The notes beneath the pieces are model-generated. The model ran no database searches. It was given only the letters and a program-made list of their open reading frames with translations, and was not told the DNA's origin. Source: a virus (lineage: Duplodnaviria > Caudoviricetes). Taken from it: a stretch of DNA of 64,000 nt. The position numbers were made by a program, and so were the translations under genes. The DNA lies in IMG/VR virus record IMGVR_UViG_3300025018_000091. One strand, given 5' to 3'. Positions 37,451 to 48,820 of the stretch are shown piece after piece. How positions within the stretch are numbered: the first letter of the stretch is position 1; the number at the start of each line of letters is the position of its first letter.

Positions 37451-38059
37451 TTAACTATTTTGAATTTTTGTTTTCAAATCATCAAAACAAATTCCATAAT
37501 CAATTACCCATCGAGCGTAAACTTCAGAATCCTTATTTAATCTCATAGCAACTTCTATTGTTTCATTATTTACAGTAGCTTTTTTTGTACCATGAGCGCT
37601 GCTTACTCTAATAAGAGATTGTTCTAATTCATATTGACTTTTAGTCAGATAAAATAATTGGCTATGTATGTTTGTCAAATCCGTAACATCTACTCCAATA
37701 AAAATATAATCTACATTTTGCCAAGGTCTAATCTGTACCAGATTAAGTTGATTATTTGATGATGTAAATATACTTGATTTAAATTCAAAATTTTTACCGT
37801 TAAAAGATTTGTCTCCCTGATCTATATCTTTCGAATTAGGTATACCTAATTTATCTGAATAAAAATTTGCAATTCTGGAACCGTATGATTGAGGATTTAG
37901 CAAAGCAATACACTTCAAAAAATCTTCTTCTTTTTTATCAAAAGACCATTTTGGATATCCTACGGCTTTACCTCTTATCTCATGTAATGAGCTTAAAAGT
38001 TTTGTAGCCATCTCCATATCAATATTATCCCTATCACTTTTTTTCACTCTAACTACCAA
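37451..38059 (-). CDS. putative type II restriction endonuclease
   Basis: GD...FEFK PD-(D/E)xK-like motif, QIRPWQ; overlaps stop of an N6 MTase gene. Confidence 0.55.
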   Translation of the reverse strand: MVVRVKKSDRDNIDMEMATKLLSSLHEIRGKAVGYPKWSFDKKEEDFLKCIALLNPQSYGSRIANFYSDKLGIPNSKDIDQGDKSFNGKNFEFKSSIFTSSNNQLNLVQIRPWQNVDYIFIGVDVTDLTNIHSQLFYLTKSQYELEQSLIRVSSAHGTKKATVNNETIEVAMRLNKDSEVYARWVIDYGICFDDLKTKIQNS

Positions 38060-38999
38060 ATCTTTCTGTATAGAGTTTCACTAAATCTGATTTACACAAA
38101 GATGATTGTCTTGCACTATTATCTGCACATGAATAATCTAATGATTCAAATCTTTTAATTAACTTTTCTTTATCAAGATTCGATTTGATAAAATGTACAG
38201 ATTTTGGTCTCCATTTAAATAAATCTACAGATACCTGACCAGGATTCGATCCGTAAGCTAATATCACAAAATCTGCATCTTGTGGTGGGAAAAGATCACC
38301 ACCCTTTTTAAGGTAAGGAAGAAACTCCCAATCTTCATGAGATAAAATCTTTTTAACCTTTTCCCTTAATTTATTTCTTTTCTCCCATATTTGAAAACAA
38401 CACTTAACATTTGTAGATTTAACACCCTCAAAAGGTTCTTCCAATAAATCTACTGACTTAATTAGATGAAATCTTTTATCTAACCTATCATGAATAGATT
38501 GTTTATTCCAAGTTCTAGGAATAATGAAAGCAATTACTTCTGAAAACTTAGCTGCGTGATTAAAAAAATCTACCGATAATTTATTCTGAGTACCAAAAGG
38601 AGGATTGCCAACGACAATAACTTTTTTGTATTGCTTACTGGGCTCGAAATCAAAAAAAGATTTGTTTATATATTTAGGATTTGCTCTACACAAATCTTTA
38701 TCTATTTCTATAGCCAATCTATTATCTGCTGGCAAATTATTGAAAAACGAACCCGTCCCAGCGCTTGGCTCAATTATTAAATCATAATCTTCAAACCTAT
38801 AAGACTGTGACAATAATTTCAAACACTCTTTAGCTACAAACTCTTTTGTATTAAACTGATCATAGATATACACATCATCAGTTTTTGTAATTTTAATTCT
38901 GGAATATATGGTTTTATTATCTGTAAAACTAACTACCTCTTCTAAAGCACATGTAGCAAAATCATTTCTAACTCTATTTAAAATAAATCTAATTATCAT
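38049..38999 (-). CDS. N6-adenine DNA methyltransferase
   Basis: DQFNT, IIEPSAGTGSF, VVGNPPFG, AFIIP. Confidence 0.85.
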   Translation of the reverse strand: MIIRFILNRVRNDFATCALEEVVSFTDNKTIYSRIKITKTDDVYIYDQFNTKEFVAKECLKLLSQSYRFEDYDLIIEPSAGTGSFFNNLPADNRLAIEIDKDLCRANPKYINKSFFDFEPSKQYKKVIVVGNPPFGTQNKLSVDFFNHAAKFSEVIAFIIPRTWNKQSIHDRLDKRFHLIKSVDLLEEPFEGVKSTNVKCCFQIWEKRNKLREKVKKILSHEDWEFLPYLKKGGDLFPPQDADFVILAYGSNPGQVSVDLFKWRPKSVHFIKSNLDKEKLIKRFESLDYSCADNSARQSSLCKSDLVKLYTERFGS

Positions 39000-39709
39000 T
39001 TAATAACCTGAAGTCGCCTCTTAATATGATTCTTTTTAACACCATGAACTACAAACGTTATACCATAATTGTTATTGAACAAATAATTATCATTCAAACA
39101 CAACCGACAATCTGCACATGGAACACCACGAGTTTGAGCTGGACAAGGAATCCATTTAGTATCAGAACCTGGTAGAGTATATGCTCTTTCACTTGGATGT
39201 TCTGAGACAACAAGCGCTGGAGCATACCCATTTTGGCGAGCATACTGAACTTCCTCGGTAGAATCTACAGAAGCCAACATAGAAACATTCTCCCAAACAT
39301 CTTTAGTAACATGATCCCAACAATGAGTATAAGACCAAACATCACCACCACCACGACTCTTCCATCGACCGACCGCATTATTAATTAACTTAGCTCCAGA
39401 AATAGTACGACAATCTCCAGATACATGCAGTCTCATATCACGACCACTAGGAACTGTTCCGCCACCATAAGACTCATCAATAACTTTAGCTTCGGCTCGT
39501 GCAATCTGTAATGCAGAAAGCCCATTTACTTCTTTATCAAGACGACCTACATGAATACCTAAAGGTCCCATTTGTGCATAACAGCCCTCATCTTTCAATG
39601 GGCAGGTTAAAGGACAAGATCCCATTACAGATACATAAGTTGCATCTATTTTTTTAAAACCCTTAATTTTTCTATTACTAGAATTACTTACATACTTAAC
39701 ACCGTTCAT
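38996..39709 (-). CDS. gp88-like Cys-rich phage protein
   Basis: SCPLTCPLKDEGCYA, RLHVSGD, WSYTH, CADCRLC. Confidence 0.6.
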   Translation of the reverse strand: MNGVKYVSNSSNRKIKGFKKIDATYVSVMGSCPLTCPLKDEGCYAQMGPLGIHVGRLDKEVNGLSALQIARAEAKVIDESYGGGTVPSGRDMRLHVSGDCRTISGAKLINNAVGRWKSRGGGDVWSYTHCWDHVTKDVWENVSMLASVDSTEEVQYARQNGYAPALVVSEHPSERAYTLPGSDTKWIPCPAQTRGVPCADCRLCLNDNYLFNNNYGITFVVHGVKKNHIKRRLQVIK

Positions 39710-39735
39710 TGAATAATTACTCCTTCTAACAGTAG

Positions 39736-39759
39736 GCTTGCCCGCCTTACTCGATGGGG
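39736..39759 (-). promoter_or_regulatory. 24-bp dispersed upstream motif, copy 3
   Basis: GCTTGCCC-GCC-TTACTCGATGGGG. Confidence 0.7.
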
Positions 39760-40475
39760 AATTTTCGAAATTAACTGTATAAATTAATTTGTACGATTGA
39801 TTGTTGTAAATTGATTTTTATAAACTGTGAGTTATTTTTAATGTAATTCGCGGGAACCAAAATTTCTTTTCAAAATAACATCATCAATCCATGCTCTAGT
39901 AGTCTTCCAACATTTACATGCTGAAACAGTTCCTGTTCTAGTTTCTTTTGGAGATACCCACATCACTGGTCTTCCTTCTTCACTTCCACCACAAATATTT
40001 CCGCCAACATCAGTCCCTTCATATGAAAAATTAGCAGTGACATGGAATCTATTCTGACACTTCGAAAGAACTGTAATATCCATCTCTCTACACCCGCCGC
40101 CAATTTCTCGACCAGTACCATATTGAATCTCTGCACACTTATAAAAATCTTCCCCATTTTCATCAGCAACAGCAACAACATCAGCACTAATATTTACAGA
40201 AATAAATGCCAACATAATTAATAATTTCTTTGTTATCATCATCTTTTCTCCAATCATATACTAATGACAAATTATTATTTGTTCTTAATTCTCAGAAGAA
40301 TACTTATACCATATCTTGTTTTCATCATGAGCATATACAATAGAATGTCCGTAAAATCCCCAATTTAATTCTATTACAATCCTAGCCGCAGACGCATCAT
40401 ACCAAACTCTTTCCACCATCGCTAGTTGATCCATCTCATGAACACGAAGAATATCGCCTACTTTAACCATAATTA

Positions 40476-40685
40476 TCACCAATCGCTAGATGAACCACCA
40501 CCACCAGAACTACCACCACCAAATCCGCCAAATCCGCCACCAGAATCTCCACCAGATCCAGAACCCCAACCACCACCGCCAGAAAACAATGCTTCAACAA
40601 TGGCTCCAAGAATCCTAAACTTAATTAGAATATATAGAACAAGAACGACTGTCACAACAATTGCTACTATAGTTAGTGTACTCAT
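40476..40685 (-). CDS. small membrane protein with TPM/YgcG-like Gly-rich tail
   Basis: One TM helix, then GGFGGFGGGSSGGGGSSSDW; follows lemA. Confidence 0.65.
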   Translation of the reverse strand: MSTLTIVAIVVTVVLVLYILIKFRILGAIVEALFSGGGGWGSGSGGDSGGGFGGFGGGSSGGGGSSSDW

Positions 40686-40687
40686 AA

Positions 40688-41326
40688 TTACTTACCTGAA
40701 TTTGCTGGAGAGAAATCTACTGTTGGCGCAACGGTAGCGCTAGGATCGGCAGAAAAATAAACACGAGATTTAAATTCATTGCCAGTTACTGGATTAATTG
40801 CTTTGCCACTAACACGACGAAGCTCAAGGTTATAATCCTTTACAACCTTATTGTATTGTTGACGGGCACGCAGGATACGATTCTCTGTACCTTCCATCTG
40901 AACCATAAGATCATGGAACTGTGCGTTTGCTTTTAGGTCGGGATAATTTTCCCGAACCATCATAAGACGAGATAGCGTTCCCTTCAATTGATCTTGAGCC
41001 TTTTGGAAAGCAGCAATCTTTGCAGGATCAGTTAAATCATCTGCACTCAACTTAATCTGAGTAGCCGCAGCCCTTGCTTCCATAACCTCTTTCAAAGTCT
41101 TGGATTCATAAGCCGCAGATCCCTTAACGATTGCAACAAGATTGGGAATCAAATCCGAACGACGTTGCAATTGTGCCTCGTAGTCAGACCACATTTGATT
41201 ACAGATTTCGTCCTTATCGACCAGGGTATCATACTTCTGAACGCCTTGGTCTACGAGCGAACATCCTGTAGAGCCAACTGTGGCACAACTAAGGCACAGA
41301 GCGCAAACAAGACTGTAAACTCTCAT
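40688..41326 (-). CDS. lemA: LemA family protein
   Basis: QLQRRSDLIPNLV, ENYPDLKAN..F..L..QMEGTENRI...R..YN. Confidence 0.92.
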   Translation of the reverse strand: MRVYSLVCALCLSCATVGSTGCSLVDQGVQKYDTLVDKDEICNQMWSDYEAQLQRRSDLIPNLVAIVKGSAAYESKTLKEVMEARAAATQIKLSADDLTDPAKIAAFQKAQDQLKGTLSRLMMVRENYPDLKANAQFHDLMVQMEGTENRILRARQQYNKVVKDYNLELRRVSGKAINPVTGNEFKSRVYFSADPSATVAPTVDFSPANSGK

Positions 41327-41660
41327 TGCTTATTCTCTTTCTTCATACGCTTCTTCTCTTCCTTAGAAGCTTTCTTCTCTTTATCAGATGCAGAATCTTC
41401 TACGACTACAACTTCTTTTGGCTTACTTGCCGCAGCTTCAAGAGCGGCTAGATAACGGGCGCGCTGTCTATTTGCCCCTGTTGGCGGTAAACGATCAAGC
41501 TTTTGTTTAATGGTGAGCTTATCACTCTCAGCTTGACGCTCTTGAGCGCTTTTACGAAGTCCGTCTCTGATTGATTTTGTTTTGGGCATTGTCATAATTA
41601 AAACCTTTCTATTAATAATTTTGAATTCATTTGTAACCAATTTACATATCGGTATACCAA

Positions 41661-42497
41661 ATGAATAAATACGATTACAACTTACAAACATTTTATAATG
41701 AAGATAATATATCTTATTATTTACTTGGAGCTTTTATTAGCGATGGGTGTATTTATATATCTAAAGACCGTCCTAATAGGAAAATAGTTACATTAACAAG
41801 TAAAGATAAAGATTGGCTTGAAATTATTAATCAATATATTTGCCCCGAAAAACCCATATTAAATCATGGCAAAAATTGTTTTAGATTAATGTATTGTTCT
41901 ACAGAATTAGCAGACTGGCTAATTACAAAGGGTTGTGGAGCGCGCAAGTCTTTAACATTATCTTTTCCTAATATTCCTGCAAAATTTTTATCTCATTTTA
42001 TCAGAGGTTGTTGGGATGGAGATGGTAGCTTATCTTTTACTAAAAGTGGTAATGGCGGTAAAAATTATCAAAGACAAGCTAACTTAACATCTGGCAGTTT
42101 ATCTTTTTGTAAATCATTGTGCGAAGAGTTAAATAAATTATCTATTAAATGTAAGATAATAAACCATAATCAACCTTCTAGGAAAATCGAAGAACGAATA
42201 TTAAAACCAAGTAATTGTTTTAGAGTTATTCTGTCGGGAGGCGAAAGCACCTATAAATTATGTAAACTACTTTACACTAACAACAACCCATCTATGCCAA
42301 GAAAAAACAAAATATCACAAGATATTATTAATGATTGGGAAAGACCAATCAATTGTATTGATTGCAACCAACACATAACGTTAAATAAGAATGGTCACAG
42401 ACAAATTAGATGCTCTGAATGCCAAAGATTACATATTAACAAAAATCAAAGAGAACGATATAAAATAAACAAGCTCTCCCACACAGCCATAATTTAA
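41661..42497 (+). CDS. LAGLIDADG homing endonuclease
   Basis: YYLLGAFISDGCI and FIRGCWDGDGS motifs. Confidence 0.88.
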   Translation: MNKYDYNLQTFYNEDNISYYLLGAFISDGCIYISKDRPNRKIVTLTSKDKDWLEIINQYICPEKPILNHGKNCFRLMYCSTELADWLITKGCGARKSLTLSFPNIPAKFLSHFIRGCWDGDGSLSFTKSGNGGKNYQRQANLTSGSLSFCKSLCEELNKLSIKCKIINHNQPSRKIEERILKPSNCFRVILSGGESTYKLCKLLYTNNNPSMPRKNKISQDIINDWERPINCIDCNQHITLNKNGHRQIRCSECQRLHINKNQRERYKINKLSHTAII

Positions 42498-42518
42498 CCA
42501 CAATTGCGCGGGAGTCAA
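42491..42518 (-). promoter_or_regulatory. sigma70-like promoter TTGACT-N16-TAAATT
   Basis: Shares GCGAGGGGTTGAC with the 17466-17493 site. Confidence 0.5.
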
Positions 42519-42531
42519 CCCCTCGCAATTT

Positions 42532-43089
42532 TTAAGATTGATTTTCTAAAAATAGGCACCATGCCATAAGAGTTACACCATCATCTAATTCATTAGTTCG
42601 AATCATATGTTTGAAATCAGAGATAGGAATCCAACTACGTGTTAGTCCCGTAAACTCTTCGTATTCTTCCAGTTCTGTTTCAGTTTCAACGAAATCATTA
42701 ACTAAATAAACATAGCATGTATTGTTATTCTGCCCAGATATTGGGTGACATTTTCCAAGAAAAATCAAATAGTTAGGCTTAATTCCTGCCTCTTCTTTTA
42801 ATTCTTTAATTACTGCTTGTTCTGGAGAATCTCCAGGGTCGATCATTCCGGCAACAAACTCAGTATTTATTCCGCGAACTGGATGACGATATTGATCTGT
42901 TACTAGAATCTCATTACCTCTAAGGACAATGCAGGTTACAAAATCAGGACACTTAATAGAATAATAATTCTTTCTAAGAGTTTTAGTTTTATCATTAACC
43001 TTTCGTTCAAACAAAAGATCTTCAGAAACTAATGTCATATATTCACTGCTGAATTCAATTTTAATATCAATAACTTTTGGTTTGTACAT
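42532..43089 (-). CDS. Nudix hydrolase (ADP-ribose pyrophosphatase-like)
   Basis: QYRHPV..EFVAGMIDPGDSPEQAVIKELKEEAG. Confidence 0.88.
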   Translation of the reverse strand: MYKPKVIDIKIEFSSEYMTLVSEDLLFERKVNDKTKTLRKNYYSIKCPDFVTCIVLRGNEILVTDQYRHPVRGINTEFVAGMIDPGDSPEQAVIKELKEEAGIKPNYLIFLGKCHPISGQNNNTCYVYLVNDFVETETELEEYEEFTGLTRSWIPISDFKHMIRTNELDDGVTLMAWCLFLENQS

Positions 43090-43414
43090 TTTTAGTTCCT
43101 TAAAATAAAAGATGCGGCGTAACTAGTTTCAAGCGATATTTAATCCTAGAATCAAATATCTGTGTAAACTAAGTTATATTCCGCTATTGTATAGCACGGT
43201 TGACTTTACTTATATCAACATTAATTTGTTAACTTTCATAATGTCATGTGAACTAATTACATCGCTGTCCTTGGCAACGAACTTTTTCCCTTTCAGAGAT
43301 CCCAAGTAGGGGTGGCTTTCCGGTAGCGACTCCAGTATTCATGGGTTATCCATCCCATTAGCAAGTAGCTAACTTGCGGCGCTTCATATTTAATGCGCCA
43401 CAAGCCATAGGCTA

Positions 43415-43750
43415 TCAATATACTTTAGTTCTCTCAACAATGATATGCACAGGTTCTGGCATCTTTGTAAACTTTTTTGCTAGAATCTTTTCTCCACCAG
43501 AAAGAATTACATTTAATACCCGATGCATTCCGTCTGCAACGTATCCTTCTGGAGTAAGAAGGATAGGGAATTTCATATCAGCAGTTTTAACTCTTATTAT
43601 GTTATAGTCAAAATCATCATCCATTGTAGATAAATGAATGTCATTGATACATATCTCTTCTGGTTCAATATCTTCAGAATACTTCCAAAGATCCTTTACG
43701 TCCCATTCTAGATTATCATGTGTGAAATATTGAGCCCAATCAATTCCCAT
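43415..43750 (-). CDS. ParB/Srx-like protein
   Basis: PILLTPEGYVADGMHRV. Confidence 0.55.
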   Translation of the reverse strand: MGIDWAQYFTHDNLEWDVKDLWKYSEDIEPEEICINDIHLSTMDDDFDYNIIRVKTADMKFPILLTPEGYVADGMHRVLNVILSGGEKILAKKFTKMPEPVHIIVERTKVY

Positions 43751-44376
43751 TATAGAAAACCATCCTTCATAATATTTAAGGTCGACACAAAATCATACAT
43801 TACAATACCAGATGCTGTTCCGCAGTTTAATGAGCGAACACTGCCAAACATAGGTATTTCAACAATCACATCGCAAATCTCCTGCATCTCTGGAGTTAAA
43901 CCTGTACCTTCTTCTCCAAAGATAAGAAGAGTGCCTGCCTGCCAACCATGTGTTGATATGTCAATAGAACCAGGAACATTATCAACTCCAACAAATGTAT
44001 ACTTCTTTTTCAGATCTAAAAGATCCTTAATGGTTGGCAAGAAATTAACTGGAGTATAATTGTAAACACCTACTGCGCTGCGTCTATCCCACTTCTTTTC
44101 TCCCACATAATACACGGCTTCTACGCCAAAAGCATTGGCATTGCGTATACCAGTACCTAAATTAAAATCACCAATCCAATGCTCAAAACATACTGCAAAT
44201 GGATTTGCGTTTCTCTTAAGAGCATCCTTAACTTCTTCAGGAGAAGAGTTCTTAAATCTATCTGCTACATTATAAGTCCAACAACTATAATGTTCCTTAC
44301 CGGCAGTAATTGCTTGCTGGTGCAAAGGAGATTCAGCAGCTAGATTTGGGCTGGTTGTAACTTTAGGTTTGCTCAT
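43750..44376 (-). CDS. SpoU/TrmH family RNA 2'-O-methyltransferase
   Basis: FNLGTGIRNANAFG, LIFGEEGTGL, IPMFGSVRSLNCGTASGI. Confidence 0.9.
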   Translation of the reverse strand: MSKPKVTTSPNLAAESPLHQQAITAGKEHYSCWTYNVADRFKNSSPEEVKDALKRNANPFAVCFEHWIGDFNLGTGIRNANAFGVEAVYYVGEKKWDRRSAVGVYNYTPVNFLPTIKDLLDLKKKYTFVGVDNVPGSIDISTHGWQAGTLLIFGEEGTGLTPEMQEICDVIVEIPMFGSVRSLNCGTASGIVMYDFVSTLNIMKDGFL

Positions 44377-46208
44377 AGATAACTCACATTAACATCATCT
44401 TCGAACTTAAGCTTTCCCATTTCAAATAGTTCAATTGCTAATTCAATTAAATGGATAGCTTGCTCTTCTGTTGCATTGATTCCTTTGTCACCCATAGATG
44501 ATTCTTCACTATCATCAAAACAAATCATAGATACGTCGGACTTCTTATCTTCAATCGTAATGATTGTTCTTCCGCACATCGTATAAGTGAGAACTTTGAA
44601 ATCTTCAATGGGAGTTTTAGTTGCGGAAACACCTTTGAATTTAGATTTACTAATAGTGTCTTGCAGTCCCTTAAACCAAACCTTCTTTTCAAATTCCTTC
44701 ATCTTATTATAGATTCTCTGAAATGAAGCACGTATTTCTAATTGAAGTCGAACTTCCTCTAACTCTTCTGGAGTGCCACTCTCTATAATATCATAAAATC
44801 TTTTGTGTTTATACTCACGACGATCTTGCTCATGCCAAGACCAAGCCCTTCCAATGTCTATTAAATCTAAGATATTAGAAGTAAGTAATCTTGTAGTAAG
44901 AACTTTTGTTTCTCGATACTTTTGAATAGTATTTAAACGATCACACTCAAAACAATGAGCGCCAATTAATTCAGAACCCTTGTATGTATAGCAATACCCC
45001 TGTTCTAAAGATGCATTACATTGGTCACAAGTTGTAGGTTTATCATCCATTATTCATGATCTTTCTTATCAAACAAGTTTTTATATCGATCTGGTTTATT
45101 CCTTAATAATAGGAACAGGAATATAAATATTACAATAATAGAAGATACTGATGTTAATGTGTCCATATTTAAATCTTATTAGGATAATATTCTTTTCCCA
45201 TTATTGAAAGAGTCTTGCGCCATTCAAATTCATGCAGACATTCTAGGCTGCAAAACCTACCATCGAAGTTTCCTATCTTAGCTATAGCAACAAACATCTT
45301 TGTGCCACAGACATTACAGTAAACAGTTTGCTTACCTATATAGGTAGTAGACCCATTCTTAACAGACACAAGTCCAAGCTTCTGCAATTGAAAATCTATT
45401 GGATGAGCAGTTGATGGACTACTAACTCTCAAGTCCTTCAAGCGTTCCAGTAACGAATTCTTATCAAGATCACTTAACTTTAAATCTTCTAGTTTCATTT
45501 TTAAATCCCCAAATTAAAATGCACCGCAATAGCAGCGCATTTTTTTTTTTTTGTTATTTTCAAATTAAATACATTTATTCTTCGGCGTGAAGCATAGCCA
45601 CGAATTGTTCAATTAATTCATATTCTCCAGGTCTACACTCTCGAAGATTATCTTTCTGCAACGCACCTTTAAGTAGAGGAGTAACCAGCAGCATCTTTTT
45701 AGATAGATCCTTTAAAATCTTAGTGGCATGAGATTTTCTTCCACTACCTATCTTAACAGAAGGTTTAACAATCGTAACCTTTTCAGGGTTTACTGTAACC
45801 CTTTCAGAGTTTGTTTCTTGCGGTAAAGAAATCTTAGAAACAGCTTCCTGAAACGGAGTCATCTTCTCTGTGGAAGATAATGTTCTAGGTTTCACTCTCC
45901 ATTGCTGTTTATTTTTTACGAAATAAACTTCAGCTACAAAAGTCTTACCAATTAATGCGCTACATTTAAAGGGGCTGCCACCTACGTTATCGTAAAACAT
46001 CATACGATTCGTAGATGTATATCCCGACCTAATCATTTTCTTTTGGGGATAAAGAATATCGAAGGAAACTTTAGATTCCCAAATTACCTCGGTCCATTTT
46101 CCATCATCACTAATATGTTTAACTGTTAGATCTAATACTTGATTTGACATTTATTTTCCTGTTCGCTTGACGTGGCACGAACGCCTCAGTAGAATATAAT
46201 GTCTAAAA

Positions 46209-46829
46209 TTAAGCAGTCAACCCTCGGAAAAACTTTTTAATTCGGTCCCACCACGACGTGCTTCTAAGACACATAACATGATTGTTCCAATATACAATAG
46301 ACTCTGCAAATTGTTCTGCCGTAAACTCGCCCTTAGTTCCACCCTTCATATGAAGGAAGTTTCTTGCCATCGTATATGGATCCATTGGATCTTCTTTATC
46401 AGAAGTTCTAGCTTTTATACAAATGATTTCCCAGTCAGCATCAGTAGACTGTTCATTGTTCTCCCTCAAAACATCCGATCTATATAGAACAATTTCTACA
46501 TGTTTAGCTATACACTTCTTGGCTTTCGCTCCGAGCTTGATATAAGGCGCTTCCCCAGCTCGTCTTAGTGAATACTCAGCGTCTATCTTAATACGTTTGT
46601 TCAACTTAACTATTGCTGAATAGAAACGATAGCCGCGCTTATATGAACCAGAAGCTGGAACACGAACTAGAACTACTCCATCTTTATATCCCGGTGTAAC
46701 GTTACTCGGAACCTTCCAACACTGATAAACGATATCTTCTAACTCTTCCCATGTTCCACTAAAATGAGAAAATCCCGACTCTGGAGTCTGACGCAATACA
46801 AATTCATTACATTTGATATCTTTATTCAT
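46209..46829 (-). CDS. DUF3228-like protein
   Basis: GYKDGVVLV, RRAGEAP, EIVLYRSDVL, WEIICI, PMDPYTMARN. Confidence 0.6.
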   Translation of the reverse strand: MNKDIKCNEFVLRQTPESGFSHFSGTWEELEDIVYQCWKVPSNVTPGYKDGVVLVRVPASGSYKRGYRFYSAIVKLNKRIKIDAEYSLRRAGEAPYIKLGAKAKKCIAKHVEIVLYRSDVLRENNEQSTDADWEIICIKARTSDKEDPMDPYTMARNFLHMKGGTKGEFTAEQFAESIVYWNNHVMCLRSTSWWDRIKKFFRGLTA

Positions 46830-47013
46830 ATTTTGATCTTCTGATTTTTCATATTGAGATGAACATTTACATTCATTACAAGGCTTCTTATATCACTATC
46901 AATTTCGGATGTACGATCATCATACTCAAGCGTTCGATACTTATTAGAATCAGGTAATCTAAGTCTATCTTTTCTAGTCTTATAACTTCTTTTAGGATCA
47001 TGGTATCTCATAT

Positions 47014-47772
47014 ATGCCTGATATTGGTAGGATACTATCAATAATAGTATATTGTAGTATGCGCAAAAAATATTCAATCAATGTCGGAGATAGATATAAC
47101 AACTTGATAGTGGAAAAAATTGGAATCAAAAATAAACATAACCAATCTTTTTTAATCTGTAGATGTTCTTGCGGAAATGAAGTATCATGTATGCCACATA
47201 ATTTAATTACTGGAAAAACAAAATCATGTGGATGTTTAAAACAAGAAAAACTAAAAATATACAATACAAAATATTATGTTGGTTCTAAAATTGGAATGTT
47301 AACAATACTTAAAGAATATGATACTCGCGATCCTAATGGTAAGAGGATGTTTCAAGTACAATGTGATTGTGGAATAGTTAAAGATATCTCAATACATTAT
47401 GGAATGAAATCCTGCGGATGCTTAAAACGTATATCCAAAATACCAGAAAAAGATCTTTTCACAAGATATAGACGAAATTCTATTAAGAAAAATAAGCAAT
47501 TCAATTTATCTATTGATCAATTCAAAGGACTAATATATAGTAATTGTCACTATTGCGGATCAAGTCCAGACTCTAAATTGAGAGTAATTAATTCTGATTT
47601 ACATTTAGGTATTGACAGGATAGATTCTAATAATGGATATACAATGGATAATTGTGTTTCGTGTTGTTCTAATTGTAATTATGCAAAAAGAACACTTTCA
47701 TATAAAGAATTTATGTTACTAATCAAATCTATATATGAAAAACATAATCTTCAATTAATAAATCAAGAATAA
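47014..47772 (+). CDS. HNH-like homing endonuclease
   Basis: Repeated CxCxCG...SCGC, CHYCG, GIDRIDSNNGYTMDNCVSCCSNCN. Confidence 0.85.
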   Translation: MPDIGRILSIIVYCSMRKKYSINVGDRYNNLIVEKIGIKNKHNQSFLICRCSCGNEVSCMPHNLITGKTKSCGCLKQEKLKIYNTKYYVGSKIGMLTILKEYDTRDPNGKRMFQVQCDCGIVKDISIHYGMKSCGCLKRISKIPEKDLFTRYRRNSIKKNKQFNLSIDQFKGLIYSNCHYCGSSPDSKLRVINSDLHLGIDRIDSNNGYTMDNCVSCCSNCNYAKRTLSYKEFMLLIKSIYEKHNLQLINQE

Positions 47773-48155
47773 ACCCTATCTATATTCTTTTTTACATACC
47801 ATACTCCATATTGGTGATCGTTTATTGTATAATAAACTTTCTTTATACCCTTGGACTTAATTTTAACCTGACACATACCGCAAGGTCTAGCCATTTGAAG
47901 AGACTGATCCTTACGAGCCACCCTGGCTACATAAAGTGTACCACCAAAATCCATCTTTCTAAGAACTCTTCCCTCAGCATGAACTTGAGGTATCGCTTGA
48001 TAGTCATCTACAGTAGTAGAAAAGAATGCGCCATTCTTAGAAAAAACCATAGTTCCGTCTTTACGAATACCTACAGCACCAATCCAAAAACCTCGCCAAT
48101 CTTTACCACTATCTGGTAGCGCTATCTTCGCTGCGAAAAGAAGTAAATCCAGCAT
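47763..48155 (-). CDS. cytidine/adenosine deaminase-like protein
   Basis: HAE ... ARPCGMC zinc motif. Confidence 0.8.
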   Translation of the reverse strand: MLDLLLFAAKIALPDSGKDWRGFWIGAVGIRKDGTMVFSKNGAFFSTTVDDYQAIPQVHAEGRVLRKMDFGGTLYVARVARKDQSLQMARPCGMCQVKIKSKGIKKVYYTINDHQYGVWYVKKNIDRVYS

Positions 48156-48364
48156 TATTATTCTCTTTAATTAGTTCGTCGTCAAACATTTCAATTGGTG
48201 GAAATTCATCCACCATCTCATAGACATCTTCATCTGAATAAACAACTAATTGTTCAGTGTCAGATTCAGATAAATTTAAATCAATATTATATTGATTATT
48301 TAATGGAACCTCTCCCCAACCACACCCACCAATTAACAATGATAAAATGAGTATATGTTTCATA

Positions 48365-48820
48365 TTATCCCCAATCAGTATATTCAGATTGGACTTTACT
48401 TAAATCCGTAATTGCTCTACTAATTGAGTTCTGAGCTTGTTCAATCCTAGAACTAAGTCTTTTAATTTCTTCATCCAGTGGAGATAAAGTGTCAGGAAAA
48501 TGCTTCTTACGCCATTTAGTTAGGGTCATCTTCTTACCAGAGGCAGTTTCCAAACCTTCAATATGATCATTGTTATATCCAAAACACCTTAATGCATAGC
48601 ACTCTTTACCCATTAAGTCCTCTGGAATACCTACGCTAAATGTAGAACATAAATCATCTAAGAATGATTTAAGTAGAACGTCATCTAATACAAGATTGCC
48701 AAATGATTGGTATCCTCCACCCGAAAACTCTATCCCTATAGAGCAAGTTAGAAAACCATGATCTGGTTCTACCCCATGAGAAACATTAATTATTCTACCA
48801 CAATCTCTTTTACTACTCAT
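48365..48820 (-). CDS. hypothetical protein, paralog of 50244-50708
   Basis: Shared HG.LTCSIGI.F.G..QxFGNL.LD ... CYALRCF ... YTDWG. Confidence 0.75.
   Translation of the reverse strand: MSSKRDCGRIINVSHGVEPDHGFLTCSIGIEFSGGGYQSFGNLVLDDVLLKSFLDDLCSTFSVGIPEDLMGKECYALRCFGYNNDHIEGLETASGKKMTLTKWRKKHFPDTLSPLDEEIKRLSSRIEQAQNSISRAITDLSKVQSEYTDWG

Noticed and set aside
45540-45551. T12 run as terminator or contingency locus
   Set aside because: Intergenic homopolymer with only a weak GCGC stem beside it; not enough support
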